A stretch of 54,801 nt of DNA from a virus (taxonomy: Duplodnaviria > Caudoviricetes): the IMG/VR virus record IMGVR_UViG_3300030101_000387, positions 1 to 54,801 of that record; one strand, 5' to 3'. Each line of letters begins with the position of its first letter. Position 1 is the first letter of the stretch. Positions 53,775 through 54,801 of this stretch are shown piece by piece. The notes beneath the pieces are model-generated. The model was not told where the DNA came from and made no database searches. It saw only the letters and a program-made list of their open reading frames with translations. A program made the translations under genes and the position numbers.

Positions 53775-54801
53775 ATGGCTATAGCAGTTGCCTCTGGCAA
53801 AACAGGATTTGACGGCAATTTCAGTCCGATAATCTATTCCAAACAAGCACAGATTGCTCTGAGAAAAGCATCTGTTGCAAACGCAATCACTAACAACTCC
53901 TACTTTGGAGAGATTGCAAACCAAGGTGATGTAGTTCGCATCCAGAAAGAGCCTGATGTAACAGTCAACGCTCTTGAGCGTAAAACTGCAATCAGCGTAG
54001 AAGACTTAGACGATTCTGAGTTTTCACTCACCATTGACAAAGCTAACTACTTTGCTTTCAAAATGGATGACATCGAAGATCAGTTCGCATCTGTTGACTT
54101 CGTAAGCCTAGCTGCAGATAGAGCAGCATACAAAATGGCTGACGCAATGGACGCAGACTTGCTTCAGTATATGTCAGGTCACGCTGCAAACGGTGCTATC
54201 ACTACTACCTCTTCAGGTACAGCACAGCACCCAACATCAGGTGAGCTTAACGGTGAATTTCTAAAAGTAAACCGTTTAGATATGTCCGACATTGGACACA
54301 TCACAACATCAGCTTCATCAGGTACAACTGGTGACTCCATTCCTCTAGCTGCACGTCTTCCAGGTGCAACAGCGTTGTCTACATCTGTGACATCTCCGTT
54401 GACTGTGATCGCACGTATGGCTCGTCAGATGGATACAGCAAATGTTGACTCACGAGGCAGATGGCTCGTTGTTGACCCAGTGTTCATGGAAATCTTGAAA
54501 GACGAAGATTCACGTCTATTAAACTCTGATTTCGGTGGCTCAGGTCTACAAAACGGATTAGCTGTTAACAACTTACACGGCTTCCGACTTTATGTATCTA
54601 ACAACCTACCTGCTAAAGGTACAGGTGCAGGTACATCAGGTTCATCAGCACAAGATGATCATTACGGTGTTATCTTGGCAGGTCAGGAAGATGCGGTTGC
54701 TTCTGCAGAGCAGATCAACAAAGTTGAAAACTACCGTGATCCAGACTCATTTGCAGACATTGTACGTGGTATGCACCTATATGGTCGCAAAATCTTGCGC
54801 C
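53775..54801 (+). CDS. major capsid protein (354 aa including 100-137 across the junction)
   Basis: AAGGAG SD; NFSP.IYSK, YFGEI...GD.V.I.KEP, IDKA.YFAFK.DDIE, GRWLVVDP, ADIVRG..LYG.K.LRP; missed by the ORF track because it has no stop in-window. Confidence 0.93.
   Translation, partial: MAIAVASGKTGFDGNFSPIIYSKQAQIALRKASVANAITNNSYFGEIANQGDVVRIQKEPDVTVNALERKTAISVEDLDDSEFSLTIDKANYFAFKMDDIEDQFASVDFVSLAADRAAYKMADAMDADLLQYMSGHAANGAITTTSSGTAQHPTSGELNGEFLKVNRLDMSDIGHITTSASSGTTGDSIPLAARLPGATALSTSVTSPLTVIARMARQMDTANVDSRGRWLVVDPVFMEILKDEDSRLLNSDFGGSGLQNGLAVNNLHGFRLYVSNNLPAKGTGAGTSGSSAQDDHYGVILAGQEDAVASAEQINKVENYRDPDSFADIVRGMHLYGRKILR
54703..54801. repeat. 99-bp terminal overlap, identical to 1-99
   Basis: Exact match to the window start. 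Confidence 0.97.

Overview
The window is an apparently complete, circularly permuted genome of a marine podovirus. Bases 1-99 are identical to 54703-54801, so the unique length is about 54.7 kb and the major capsid gene spans the junction. Gene content fits the HMO-2011-type group of alphaproteobacterial (SAR116/Roseobacter) phages: a family A DNA polymerase with a DnaJ-like zinc-finger insertion, a tyrosine integrase directly upstream of a stand-alone primase, DnaB-like helicase, T7-endonuclease-I-like nuclease, MazG, class II ribonucleotide reductase and no recognisable RNA polymerase. The minus-strand arm (about 23.0-42.0 kb) carries early and replication genes. The plus-strand arm (42.7 kb through the junction to 23.0 kb) carries small basic proteins, terminase, portal, scaffold, capsid, tail, a duplicated fibre/receptor-binding module and large internal virion proteins. 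The most interesting unexplained signals are: (1) a ~530-nt ORF-free, densely base-paired minus-strand RNA with ACUAAC/GACUA repeats at the head of the early operon; (2) a short phi-x-x-Gly-Gly motif shared by several late proteins and tandemly repeated in a Lys-rich protein, suggesting a processing or encapsidation code; (3) an early membrane peptide resembling aa3 cytochrome c oxidase subunit IV; (4) an amicyanin-type copper-ligand loop in a tail-fibre protein; (5) a TTGACA-N16-TANAACT promoter family and structured leaders before the scaffold and capsid genes. All product calls come from motif reading by eye; no database search was run.
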